Assembly (NCBI GenBank): GCA_964016885.1 | Contig: OZ024743.1 | Coordinates: forward strand, 351,044,001-351,108,000 | DNA from: Eledone cirrhosa | Lineage: Eukaryota | Direction: 5' to 3' | DNA length: 64,000 nucleotides | In this document: piece after piece, positions 52,570 to 64,000 of the stretch | Position numbering within the stretch: position 1 is the stretch's first letter | Layout of the letters: the number at the start of each line of letters is the position of its first letter | Notes under the pieces: model-generated | Told to the model about the DNA's origin: nothing | Seen by the model: only the letters and a program-made list of their open reading frames with translations | The model's database searches: none | Program-made: the position numbers and the translations under genes

Positions 52570-55500
52570 GTTGATGTTGGGTATGCTGTTATTGCTGTTG
52601 GTGTTGTTGTTGGGGTTGATGTTGGGTATGCTGTTATTGCTGTTGGTGCTGTTGTTGGGGTTGATGTTGGGTATGCTGTTAATGCTGTTGGTGTTGTTGT
52701 TGGGGTTGATGTTGGGTATGCTGTTATTGCTGTTGGTGTTGTTGTTGGGGTTGATGTTGGGTATGCTGTTATTGCTGTTGGTGTTGTTGTTGGGGTTGAT
52801 GTTGGGTATGCTGTTATTGCTGTTGGTGTTGTTGTTGGGGTTGATGTTGGGTATGCTGTTATTGCTGTTGGTGTTGTTGTTGGGGTTGATGTTGGGTATG
52901 CTGTTATTGCTATTGGTGTTGTTGTTGGGGTTGATGTTGGGTATGCTGTTATTGCTGTTGGTGTTGTTGTTGGGGTTGATGTTGGGTATGCTGTTATTGC
53001 TGTTGGTGTTGTTGTTGGGGTTGATGTTGGGTATGCTGTTATTGCTGTTGGTGTTGTTGTTGGGGTTGATGTTGGGTATGCTGTTATTGCTGTTGGTGTT
53101 GTTGTTGGGGTTGATGTTGGGTATGCTGTTATTGCTGTTGGTGTTGTTGTTGGGGTTGATGTTGGGTATGCTGTTATTGCTGTTGGTGTTGTTGTTGGGG
53201 TTGATGTTGGGTATGCTGTTATTGCTGTTGGTGTTGTTGTTGGGGTTGATGTTGGGTATGCTGTTATTGCTGTTGGTGTTGTTGTTGGGGTTGATGTTGG
53301 GTATGCTGTTATTGCTGTTGGTGTTGTTGTTGGGGTTGATGTTGGGTATGCTGTTATTACTGTTGGTGTTGTTGTTGGGGTTGATGTTGGGTATGCTGTT
53401 ATTGCTGTTGGTGTTGTTGTTGGGGTTGATGTTGGGTATGCTGTTATTGCTGTTGGTGTTGTTGTTGGGGTTGATGTTGGGTATGTTGTTATTGCTGTTG
53501 GTGTTGTTGTTGGGGTTGATGTTGGGTATGCTGTTATTGCTGTTGGTGTTGTTGTTGGGGTTGATGTTGGGTATGCTGTTATTGCTGTTGGTGTTGTTGT
53601 TGGGGTTGATGTTGGGTATGTTGTTATTGCTGTTGGTGTTGTTGTTGGGGTTGATGTTGGGTATGCTGTTCTTGCTGTTGGTGTTGTTGTTGGGGTTGAT
53701 GTTGGGTATGCTGTTATTGCTGTTGGTGTTGTTGTTGGGGTTGATGTTGGGTATGCTGTTATTGCTGTTGGTGTTGTTGTTGGGGTTGATGTTGGGTATG
53801 TTGTTATTGCTGTTGGTGTTGTTGTTGGGGTTGATGTTGGGTATGCTGTTATTGCTGTTGGTGTTGTTGTTGGGGTTAATGTTGGGTATGCTGTTATTGC
53901 TGTTGGTGTTGTTGTTGGGGTTGATGTTGGGTATGCTGTTATTGCTGTTGGTATTGTTGTTGGGGTTGATGTTGGGTATGCTGTTATTGCTGTTGGTGTT
54001 GTTGTTGGGGTTGATGTTGGGTATGCTCTTATTGCTGTTGGTGTTGTTGTTGGGGTTGATGTTGGGTATGCTGTTATTGCTGTTGGTGTTGTTGTTGGGG
54101 TTGATGTTGGGTATGCTGTTATTGCTGTTGGTGTTGTTGTTGGGGTTGATGTTGGGTATGCTGTTATTGCTGTTGGTGTTGTTGTTGGGGTTGATGTTGG
54201 GTATGCTGTTATTGCTGTTGGTGTTGTCGTTGGGGTTAATGTTGGGTATGCTGTTATTGCTGTTGGTGTTGTTGTTGGGGTTAATGTTGGGTATGCTGTT
54301 ATTGCTGTTGGTGTTGTTGTTGGGGTTAATGTTGGGTATGCTGTTATTGCTGTTGGTGTTGTTGTTGGGGTTGATGTTGGGTATGCTGTTATTGCTGTTG
54401 GTGTTGTTGTTGGGGTTGATGTTGGGTATGCTGTTATTGCTGTTGGTGTTGTTGTTGGGGTTGATGTTGGGTATGCTGTTATTGCTGTTGGTGTTGTTGT
54501 TGGGGTTGATGTTGGGTATGCTGTTATTGCTGTTGGTGTTGTTGTTGGGGTTAATGTTGGGTATGCTGTTATTGCTGTTGGTGTTGTTGTTGGGGTTGAT
54601 GTTGGGTATGCTGTTATTGCTGTTGGTGTTGTTGTTGGGGTTGATGTTGGGTATGCTGTTATTGCTGTTGGTGTTGTTGTTGGGGTTGATGTTGGGTATG
54701 CTGTTATTGCTGTTGGTGTTGTTGTTGGGGTTGATGTTGGGTATGCTGTTATTGCTGTTGGTGTTGTTGTTGGGGTTGATGTTGGGTATGCTGTTATTGC
54801 TGTTGGTGTTGTTGTTGGGGTTGATGTTGGGTATGTTGTTATTGCTGTTGGTGTTGTTGTTGGGGTTGATGTTGGGTATGCTGTTATTGCTGTTGGTGTT
54901 GTTGTTGGGGTTGATGTTGGGTATGCTGTTATTGCTGTTGGTGTTGTTGTTGGGGTTGATGTTGGGTATGTTGTTATTGCTGTTGGTGTTGTTGTTGGGG
55001 TTGATGTTGGGTATGCTGTTATTGCTGTTGGTGTTGTTGTTGGGGTTGATGTTGGGTATGCTGTTATTGCTGTTGGTGTTGTTGTTGGGGTTGATGTTGG
55101 GTATGCTGTTATTGCTGTTGGTGTTGTTGTTGGGGTTGATGTTGGGTATGCTGTTATTGCTGTTGGTGTTGTTGTTGGGGTTGATGTTGGGTATGTTGTT
55201 ATTGCTGTTGGTGTTGTTGTTGGGGTTGATGTTGGGTATGCTGTTATTGCTGTTGGTGTTGTTGTTGGGGTTGATGTTGGGTATGCTGTTATTGCTGTTG
55301 GTGTTGTTGTTGGGGTTGATGTTGGGTATGTTGTTATTGCTGTTGGTGTTGTTGTTGGGGTTGATGTTGGGTATGCTGTTCTTGCTGTTGGTGTTGTTGT
55401 TGGGGTTGATGTTGGGTATGCTGTTATTGCTGTTGGTGTTGTTGTTGGGGTTGATGTTGGGTATGCTGTTATTGCTGTTGGTGTTGTTGTTGGGGTTGAT

Positions 55501-57636
55501 GTTGGGTATGTTGTTATTGCTGTTGGTGTTGTTGTTGGGGTTGATGTTGGGTATGCTGTTATTGCTGTTGGTGTTGTTTTTGGGGTTAATGTTGGGTATG
55601 CTGTTATTGCTGTTGGTGTTGTTGTTGGGGTTGATGTTGGGTATGCTGTTATTGCTGTTGGTGTTGTTGTTGGGGTTGATGTTGGGTATGCTGTTATTGC
55701 TGTTGGTGTTGTTGTTGGGGTTGATGTTGGGTATGCTCTTATGCTGTTGGTGTTGTTGTTGGGGTTGATGTTGGGTATGCTGTTATTGCTGTTGGTGTTG
55801 TTGTTGGGGTTGATGTTGGGTATGCTGTTATTGCTGTTGGTGTTGTTGTTGGGGTTGATGTTGGGTATGCTGTTATTGCTGTTGGTGTTGTTGTTGGGGT
55901 TGATGTTGGGTATGCTGTTATTGCTGTTGGTGTTGTTGTTGGGGTTAATGTTGGGTATGCTGTTATTGCTGTTGGTGTTGTTGTTGGGGTTAATGTTGGG
56001 TATGCTGTTATTGCTGTTGGTGTTGTTGTTGGGGTTAATGTTGGGTATGCTGTTATTGCTGTTGGTGTTGTTGTTGGGGTTGATGTTGGGTATGCTGTTA
56101 TTGCTGTTGGTGTTGTTGTTGGGGTTGATGTTGGGTATGCTGTTATTGCTGTTGGTGTTGTTGTTGGGGTTGATGTTGGGTATGCTGTTATTGCTGTTGG
56201 TGTTGTTGTTGGGGTTGATGTTGGGTATGCTGTTATTGCTGTTGGTGTTGTTGTTGGGGTTGATGTTGGGTATGCTGTTATTGCTGTTGGTGTTGTTGTT
56301 GGGGTTGATGTTGGGTATGCTGTTATTGCTGTTGGTGTTGTTGTTGGGGTTGATGTTGGGTATGCTGTTATTGCTGTTGGTGTTGTTGTTGGGGTTAATG
56401 TTGGGTATGCTGTTATTGCTGTTGGTGTTGTTGTTGGGGTTAATGTTGGGTATGCTGTTATTGCTGTTGGTGTTGTTGTTGGGGTTGATGTTGGGTATGC
56501 TGTTATTGCTGTTGGTGTTGTTGTTGGGGTTGATGTTGGGTATGCTGTTATTGCTGTTGGTGTTGTTGTTGGGGTTGATGTTGGGTATGCTGTTATTGCT
56601 GTTGGTGTTGTTGTTGGGGTTGATGTTGGGTATGCTGTTATTGCTGTTGGTGTTGTTGTTGGGGTTGATGTTGGGTATGCTGTTATTGCTGTTGGTGTTG
56701 TTGTTGGGGTTGATGTTGGGTATGCTGTTATTGCTGTTGGTGTTGTTGTTGGGGTTGATGTTGGGTATGCTGTTATTGCTGTTGGTGTTGTTGTTGGGGT
56801 TGATGTTGGGTATGCTGTTATTGCTGTTGGTGTTGTTGTTGGGGTTGATGTTGGGTATGCTGTTATTGCTGTTGGTGTTGTTGTTGGGGTTGATGTTGGG
56901 TATGCTGTTATTGCTGTTGGTGTTGTTGTTGGGGTTGATGTTGGGTATGCTGTTATTGCTGTTGGTGTTGTTGTTGGGGTTGATGTTGGGTATGCTGTTA
57001 TTGCTGTTGGTGTTGTTGTTGGGGTTGATGTTGGGTATGCTGTTATTGCTGTTGGTGTTGTTGTTGGGGTTGATGTTGGGTATGCTGTTATTGCTGTTGG
57101 TGTTGTTGTTGGGGTTGATGTTGGGTATGCTGTTATTGCTGTTGGTGTTGTTGTTGGGGTTGATGTTGGGTATGTTGTTATTGCTGTTGGTGTTGTTGTT
57201 GGGGTTGATGTTGGGTATGCTGTTATTGCTGTTGGTGTTGTTGTTGGGGTTGATGTTGGGTATGTTGTTATTGCTGTTGGTGCTGTTGTTGGGGTTGATG
57301 TTGGGTATGTTGTTATTGCTGTTGGTGCTGTTGTTGGGGTTGATGTTGGGTATGTTGTTATTGCTGTTGGTGCTGTTGTTGGGGTTGATGTTGGGTATGT
57401 TGTTATTGCTGATGTTGGTGTGGTTGTTAGGTATGCTGTTATTGCTGTTGTTGCTGTTGTTGGGGTTGATGTTGGGTATGCTGTTATTGCTGATATTGGG
57501 TATGCTGTTATTGCTGTTGTTGGGGTTGATGTTGGGTATGTTGTTATTGCTGTTGTTGGGTATGTTGTTATTGCTGTTGTTGGGTATGCTGTTATTGCTG
57601 TTGTTGGGGTTGATGTTGGGTATGCTGTTATTGCTG
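52570..57636. repeat. 45-bp tandem satellite (~110 units) with a 1710-bp higher-order duplication
   Basis: Unit gttgatgttgggtatgctgttattgctgttggtgttgttgttggg. Variants recur at +1710 (cttgctg 53671/55381; gctctt 54025/55735). 1-nt deletion near 55742. Confidence 0.98.
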
Positions 57637-57923
57637 TGGGGGCATGTGGCCTAGTGGTAAGGGTGTTGAACTTACGAACATAATGTCGTAGGTTCGATTC
57701 CTGGGTTGTGTGTTGTGTTCTTGAACAAAACACTTCATTTCACGTTGCTCCAGTATACTCAGCTGAAAATGACTACCAGCAATAGCTGGGAGTTTAACCC
57801 TGCAATGGACTGGCGTCCTGTCCAGGGGGAAGCCTTGTACTCTCAATCACTTCACTCCATGAAACCGAGATAAGCACCGGCCAAATGAGTCTTCTGGCTT
57901 AAGACAGACTTTAGACTAGACTT
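57637..57923 (+). mobile_element. tRNA-derived SINE inserted in the degenerate end of the 45-bp satellite
   Basis: A-box TGGCCTAGTGG, B-box GGTTCGATTCC, core gttgtgttcttgaacaaaacacttcatttcac, (AGACT)-type tail, TSD-like tatgc(t/c)gttattgctgt on both sides. Confidence 0.88.
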
Positions 57924-58816
57924 TTATGCCGTTATTGCTGTTGTTGATGTTGATGTTGGGTATGCTATTATTAATGTTGTTAGTATTGATGTTGTTGGTG
58001 TGGTTGTTGTTGTTTAACAGCTCATGTACACGATGTATCTCCAGTGCACTAGTCTACTGCAACTCTTCCTAGCCATATTGGATCAGAATTTTGAAAACTT
58101 TTCACATTGGTGGTACACTTTAAAAAGATTCGTGACACATCATCAATATAGTTTCACTAAGGATACAGAATTAACGAAATTAATAAATAAACAACTAAAT
58201 ACCATATCATCTATTACCAGTCACGTGTTTAAATAAACGCAGTATTATTATATCACAAATCTATTCATAAAAAAATATTATCAAATTTGACTTAACATCT
58301 CAATGTACCTACACTTTATCGGTGTGACACTAAAGTGTTGGCATATACCTAGATATTATAACACCGCGGTACACAATTTGGAAATGTCTGCTCTTGTTGG
58401 TCTTTTTAAGTTTTGCTTTATTTCACAAAATTTTCAGTCACGTCCGACCTCGCATGAAAATGCGATGAAGTAATATTCTTTTTTCTCGTCTTTGTTGTTC
58501 TTGATATTCAGTTGAATCATCTTTGTCGGCTGGTAGTCTTGTTGATTATTTCTAATTACTCACTCACAACATAAGCCATTTTAGAATTCTGTTTAGATAT
58601 CTGCGTTGGTACTGCTGCAACACCCATAATCATCAATCCCGTGGGGAACATGATACATGTAAAATACTGGAATATTTGGAAGAGCACTTTTTCTAAAATT
58701 TACATTATATCTTTTTATAACACCAAACTTGTTTTTATATTGAGGAGTAGTACATAGATAAAAATGTTGGCCCAAACAAAGAAAGCTCAGCTCCATGACA
58801 ATAGAAGCATTATTAT

Positions 58817-59137
58817 CGGTGGATTGGCAGTATCGGTAGAGGGTCGGACGCCATGCTTTCCAGCATAGTTACGTCCCTTTACGATCTGAGTTCAAATCCC
58901 GCCGAGGTTGACTTTGCCTTTCATCCTTACGGGGTCGATAAAATAAAGAACCAGTAATGCACTGGGTAATTGCTGGCCTTGTGCCTAAAGTAGAAACAAT
59001 TATTATCTCACATTCTTTCATCCTTATGAGGATCGATAAAATAAAGTAAAGTACCAGTAACGCACTGGGGTCGATTTAGTCGACTTCTCCCTTCCCTTCA
59101 AATTGCTCGCTTTGTGCCAAATGTAGAAACAATTATT
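58817..59137 (+). mobile_element. tRNA-derived SINE (Deu/Nin-like): full copy plus 5'-truncated tandem copy
   Basis: Same A-box, B-box and core as 9538. Confidence 0.88.
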
Positions 59138-59907
59138 ATGTCATTGACATGCCATTTCTTCTCTGCGACTTCCCTCTCTAACACAATCAATTAAAAAAAA
59201 TAATAATCTCCTTTGTAATCTGAAGACTTTAACTTAAGGTTAATATCTAAATACTCGTCTCTCTTTGTATTATGTGTTTTCCTTATTCTACTGAAGAATA
59301 ACATTAAGGGAAACAAAATCAAATATGGAACTTCGTTTTCTTTACAGAATTAATTTTTAAAAATGTAACTATTAATCAAATATCGAAAACTACGCGTATT
59401 TCTAAGCAAGATAAACGCAACTGAATACCTTATAAGCCTGATACATTGATATATTTAACTTTTAGCACAGTATTGATTCAGATCGACAAAGCACAAACTG
59501 TATTACATTAACTAATAATTGGGTTTACGCCAAGTTAAGGTCGTTGATGAAATATTAAACCGAATAGCATCTTAGACCTACATATCCAAGTTCATACAAT
59601 GTAAATAGTGAACAGCTTATGGTCGTAGCAAGCGATACCTAATGTCGTCTGTTTTTCTTTATGGCATATTTACACGAATATTTGAAGCAACACACTCAAG
59701 CTTAGTACATTCTTTGTTACAGGAATTATGGTTTATGACATTTACTTTACTTTCTTCTCAAAGCATGTTGTTTTGTTTTTTTGTTTATTTTTTTTTGTTT
59801 TGTTTTTTTTTGTTTTTTGTTTTCTTTTCCTCATTGTTGATTTTTTTTGTTTCAATTTTATTCCATCTCTTTTTCTTTTTTGTCTTTTTTTTCTCGTATT
59901 TTTATCA

Positions 59908-60016
59908 GTTTCTTCTTCTTCTTCTTCTTCTTCTTCTTCTTCTTCTTCTTCTTCTTCTTCTTCTTCTTCTTCTTCCTTTTCTTCTTTTTTTTTTTCTTCT
60001 TCTTCTTCTTCTTCTT

Positions 60017-60047
<31 letters not shown>

Positions 60048-60141
60048 TTCTTGTTGTTGTTGTTGTTGTTGTTGTTCTTCTTCTTCTTCTTCTTCTTCTT
60101 CTTCTTCTTCTTCTTCTTCTTCTTCTTCTTCTTCTTCTTCC
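59908..60141. repeat. (TCT)n/(TGT)n compound microsatellite
   Basis: Direct inspection. Confidence 0.95.
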
Positions 60142-60676
60142 ACGTCCTTCATCATTCTTGCACTTTCTTCTCAATAGATGCCATTAGTCTCGTTCTGGAA
60201 GAGTATAAGAAAAGAAAGAGAAGGACCTATATTTGGATCAGACCAAAGAAAGTATGTGTCCATTGCTAATACCATCTGCCGCTCGCATCGCCGCAATTCC
60301 TGACAGAAATGTAACATTTTATCTGGTGACAAGAGGCCGGGTTTTAGTATAGAGCCGGAACAGATAGCGCAAGATTTGCTATCCCATCCGACGCTTTAAT
60401 AATATGGCCAGTCCACTGCCAATTTCCTGCACAGTAGGTGACAGAGAAAGAAAAAGATGAAGTAAGAAAGTAATAGAGAAGAAATTCTATCTCTCGTTCT
60501 CACGACTCGGCCAATTAGTAGTAAAAACAACGAAAAATGTCCTTCGTAAGTCTCGTTGGAGCTATTGCTGACAATACTGCCAATTAAGCATTCTTAATAG
60601 CATATACACATATGCATACAAAGTACATAGATGCATCATACATACATTCATACATACATTCATACAGACAGACAGA

Positions 60677-60825
60677 CTACAAATGGCTGCGATAGCTGGC
60701 ACCTTTAAAATTTACAAAACATTCTTGCGATTCAAAGTATGATAATTTCTTTTCTTTTACAACTTGCCACCAGGAAGGTGGCCGGTCAAAAATGTACTCG
60801 AAATTAATAGAAATAGAAACCTAAA
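60677..60825 (+). mobile_element. Extreme 3' end of the R4/Dong-type element
   Basis: ctacaaatggctgcgatagctg..aaaacattcttgcgattcaa..caccaggaaggt..tactcgaaattaa matches 29991-30135. Confidence 0.85.
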
Positions 60826-60893
60826 TACATACATACATACATACATACATACATACATACATACATACATACATACATACATACATACATACA

Positions 60894-61364
60894 TGATGGC
60901 TGCCCCCTCGTTATCGAGTATGGCCATTGCACGTTATACTATTATTAATAATTATTAATTAATTCTATCGTGCAATGCCTGTGCGTGAAGATATTTCTTA
61001 AAGTGAGGAAAGACTTTGCACTGAGCCGATCCCACTCTCTGAGCCACAGTAGCTATAACCGGAAAAGAAGAAAAGATCAACATCATCGGTAACTACTGAG
61101 CCGCAGGTTTTATATCGGAGTTATCCCAGTTTCCTGAGTTGTCTTCTAGAAGAATGCCCTGACAAAGTCTAGGGGTTCTTCACTCCCAGTGGTTTAACCG
61201 CGCGATCGGGTGTCCAGCCTGACTATTTCTATGTTCTCGCGCATATACATATGTACATGTGTATATACATATTTACACACTTTTGGATGGCCGTTGACCC
61301 TTATGAGTTCTTCCGCCCTTTGTCAGGTGTTGTTTTTTGTCCTGCAGGGTGTCCAAAATCACCC
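60894..61364 (+). mobile_element. Structured (CATA)n-inserted element, subfamily B, 3'-truncated
   Basis: Close copy of 47838-48315. Confidence 0.9.
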
Positions 61365-61463
61365 ATATACATATATAAATACATACGTACATACATACAT
61401 ACATACATACATACATACATACATACATACATACATACATACATACATGCATGCATACATACA

Positions 61464-62056
61464 TGGTGGCTGGCAACTCGTTTTCGAGTACGGCCACTAC
61501 TTTATATCCATGTAGGATTACCCCTACCGATGCGCTGAACGAGTGTTACTTTTTAGTCCAGACTGCGACTTGAAAACTCTGGTACAAACACTACACTTGT
61601 GACAATTATTGACACATAGTGCTGGGCCCATGGTACCATGTGACGACAAGGGCAGAGAGATCTCCAGATATAAAGCAATGCCTGTGCCGTGAAGCTTTTA
61701 TAGTGAGCAAAGGCACTGCACAAAGCCAGTCCCACTTTCTTAACCAAGATGATATTTACCAAAAAGAAGGACAAGTCAACATCATTGGATACCATCAGGG
61801 TTGCAGGTGTTATATCAGAGTTTTCCTTCTCCTAGAATTCTGCCTTGACAAAGGCTAAGGGGTCATCTCTCCCAGTGATTTTGGATGGCAATTGACTCTT
61901 AAGAGGTCCTTTGCCCTTTGACAGGTTTTGTTTTTAGTCCTGCAGGATGTCCAAAGTCACCCTCCTCACCAAGAAACCTTGGTGGGGTTGCCAGTTTAGT
62001 CGCCAACGACCCGACCATGAGACAGGTTGTACTGGGATACATGTTACCAGTAGCAC
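61464..62056 (+). mobile_element. Structured (CATA)n-inserted element, subfamily A, near full length
   Basis: Close copy of 29083-29650 extending to ccagtagcac; (CATA)n on both sides. Confidence 0.9.
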
Positions 62057-62715
62057 ATACATACATACATACATACATACATACATACATACATACATAC
62101 ATACATACATACATACATACATACATACATACATACATACAGACTATTACACAAACAATTATAACTCTAAAAACCTATATATACGAATATACACATACAA
62201 ATATACAAACACACATACACACATACACACACACCAACTAAACGATCCAACGATCTGTTAGCAATAGCAACCAAATCTCCCTCAAATTACACCCTGCCAT
62301 CTTATTAAAACGCAAAAGAAGCACCCAAGGAACAGTGCCCATGGACTTCTTAGCCACTTCGAGACTGGCAAGGTTGATCCCTCTAAGTTTCTGCTTAAAC
62401 CGTTACGAAACGACGAGTGCAAGAAAAACGGGATGAAAGTGGTTGAAATATCTTTGATCATAATTCATGGATAGAAGGAATGCCTTTGATCATAAATCCT
62501 GGCTGTAATGTATTTGACCATTGGTTATAGCTTGAATGCCTTTGATTCAAAGGTCACTTCTATGGAGCTCAAAAACAACTATGAAAAAGCATCTGCTTGT
62601 AAACGCACAGAAGCAAGCACATATAGGTACACAGGCGCACATCTTCAAACGCTCGTACACACGCACACACTCACAAACACACATACCGAGAGAGAGAGAG
62701 AGAATATATGTGTGC

Positions 62716-62785
<70 letters not shown>

Positions 62786-62932
62786 ATGTATGTATGTGTG
62801 TGTATGTGTGTGTGTGTGAGAGTGTGTACTTGTGTATACATGCATACATACTTACGTACGTAGATACGTACATACATACATACATACATACATACATACA
62901 TACATACATACATACATACATACATACATACA

Positions 62933-62964
<32 letters not shown>

Positions 62965-63115
62965 CACACATACATACAACAAAAGTACCAGAGATGAGAA
63001 ATTACAGATAGTAAGATTATTGAGATGTTGCGGACATCAAATATAATATAAAAGCCGTCGGCTGCTTTATATCAATGTCAAGTAGACAAAATGTTATACA
63101 TTCTCCTGCACTTCA

Positions 63116-63259
63116 TGATGATGGTGACGGTGGTATGATGATGATGATGATGATGATGATGGTGATGGTGGTGGTGATGGTGGTGGAGGTGGTGGTGGGA
63201 GGTGGGAGGAGGTGGTGGTGGTGGTGGTGGTGGAGGTAATGGGAAAGTATTTCGTGGCG

Positions 63260-63302
<43 letters not shown>

Positions 63303-63338
63303 GGATGATACTGATGATGATGATGATGATGATGATGA
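63116..63338. repeat. Compound (GAT/GGT/GCT)n tract
   Basis: Direct inspection. Confidence 0.9.
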
Positions 63339-63478
63339 TAAATGCGTTGTAATGAAACATTAGAACAGCCTTTTTAGAAACGGGCCCTGTTTGTTTACCT
63401 TACTCTGCTATCTTCGTTGTGTGTGTGCCTGTTGTGTATGTGTATGTGTGTGTGTATGTAGGTATATATATGTGTGTG

Positions 63479-63530
<52 letters not shown>

Positions 63531-63655
63531 CGTACACATACACACACACACACATATATATATATTGGTTGATCATTTTTTATATTTTCATGATGATTTT
63601 TACCCGACGGTAAAGTGCTTTACCCTTTATCACTGAAACTACACACAGACACACA

Positions 63656-63751
<96 letters not shown>

Positions 63752-64000
63752 CACACACACACATATTCTTTTACAATTGTATCCAGTAGGTTCTGCTTAT
63801 TTACCTCAAGTAATTGGAAGAGCAAACAAGCATGATGTTATGTTACTTCTAAATAAATAAATACATAAATACATGTGTGTACGTATGTTTGCTTGTGTGA
63901 GTGTGTGTGCGCGCTCATATCTGTTTGAATCTGCCCACTTACTTGCATACAAAAGTGCGTGCTATCGTGGATAATGTGTTCGGCTCACGATCAGAAAGTC

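Noticed and set aside
52540-57654. 1704-aa and 1065-aa plus-strand ORFs
   Set aside because: Translations of the 45-bp satellite; they start at non-ATG codons and have no unique domain.
57637-57705. tRNA-like A/B boxes here and at 9538, 46507, 58817
   Set aside because: SINE heads without a complete cloverleaf, followed by SINE core and tail.
61830-61880. HDV-like ribozyme or HCV-type IRES reading of gccttgacaaaggCTAAgggg
   Set aside because: No upstream P2 partner or P3/L3 nested pseudoknot found; the similarity is limited to a GACA loop and a few bases.

Overview
Repeat-dominated, AT-rich eukaryotic DNA. The microsatellite load and SINE types suggest a mollusc, probably an octopod cephalopod (inference). 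No intact host protein-coding gene can be supported; there are only three candidate exons and one CpG-rich patch. Nearly all listed ORFs are artefacts of microsatellites or of three tandem arrays (53-bp at 1-7430, 26-bp at 10296-11362, 45-bp at 52570-57636). The rest is decayed mobile DNA: Penelope-like elements (Naiad-type RT and GIY-YIG fragments), R4/Dong-type RLE retrotransposon 3' ends in (CATA)n, a 5'-inverted RTE LINE, a CR1/L2-group fragment, an internally deleted mariner, a non-autonomous Helitron, MITEs and tRNA-derived SINEs. Two non-coding signals stand out. (1) About a dozen type I hammerhead ribozyme motifs from unrelated Penelope pLTR families. Many sit at fold-back inversion junctions, and many pLTR ends share a subterminal GAG(T/C)(A/G)C(T/C) motif. 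(2) Seven copies, in three diverged subfamilies, of a ~0.6-kb non-coding element with compensatory base-pair changes, a fixed 5' end and variable 3' ends, inserted mostly into the same (CATA)n strand as the R4/Dong-like retrotransposon. All folds and alignments were done by eye.
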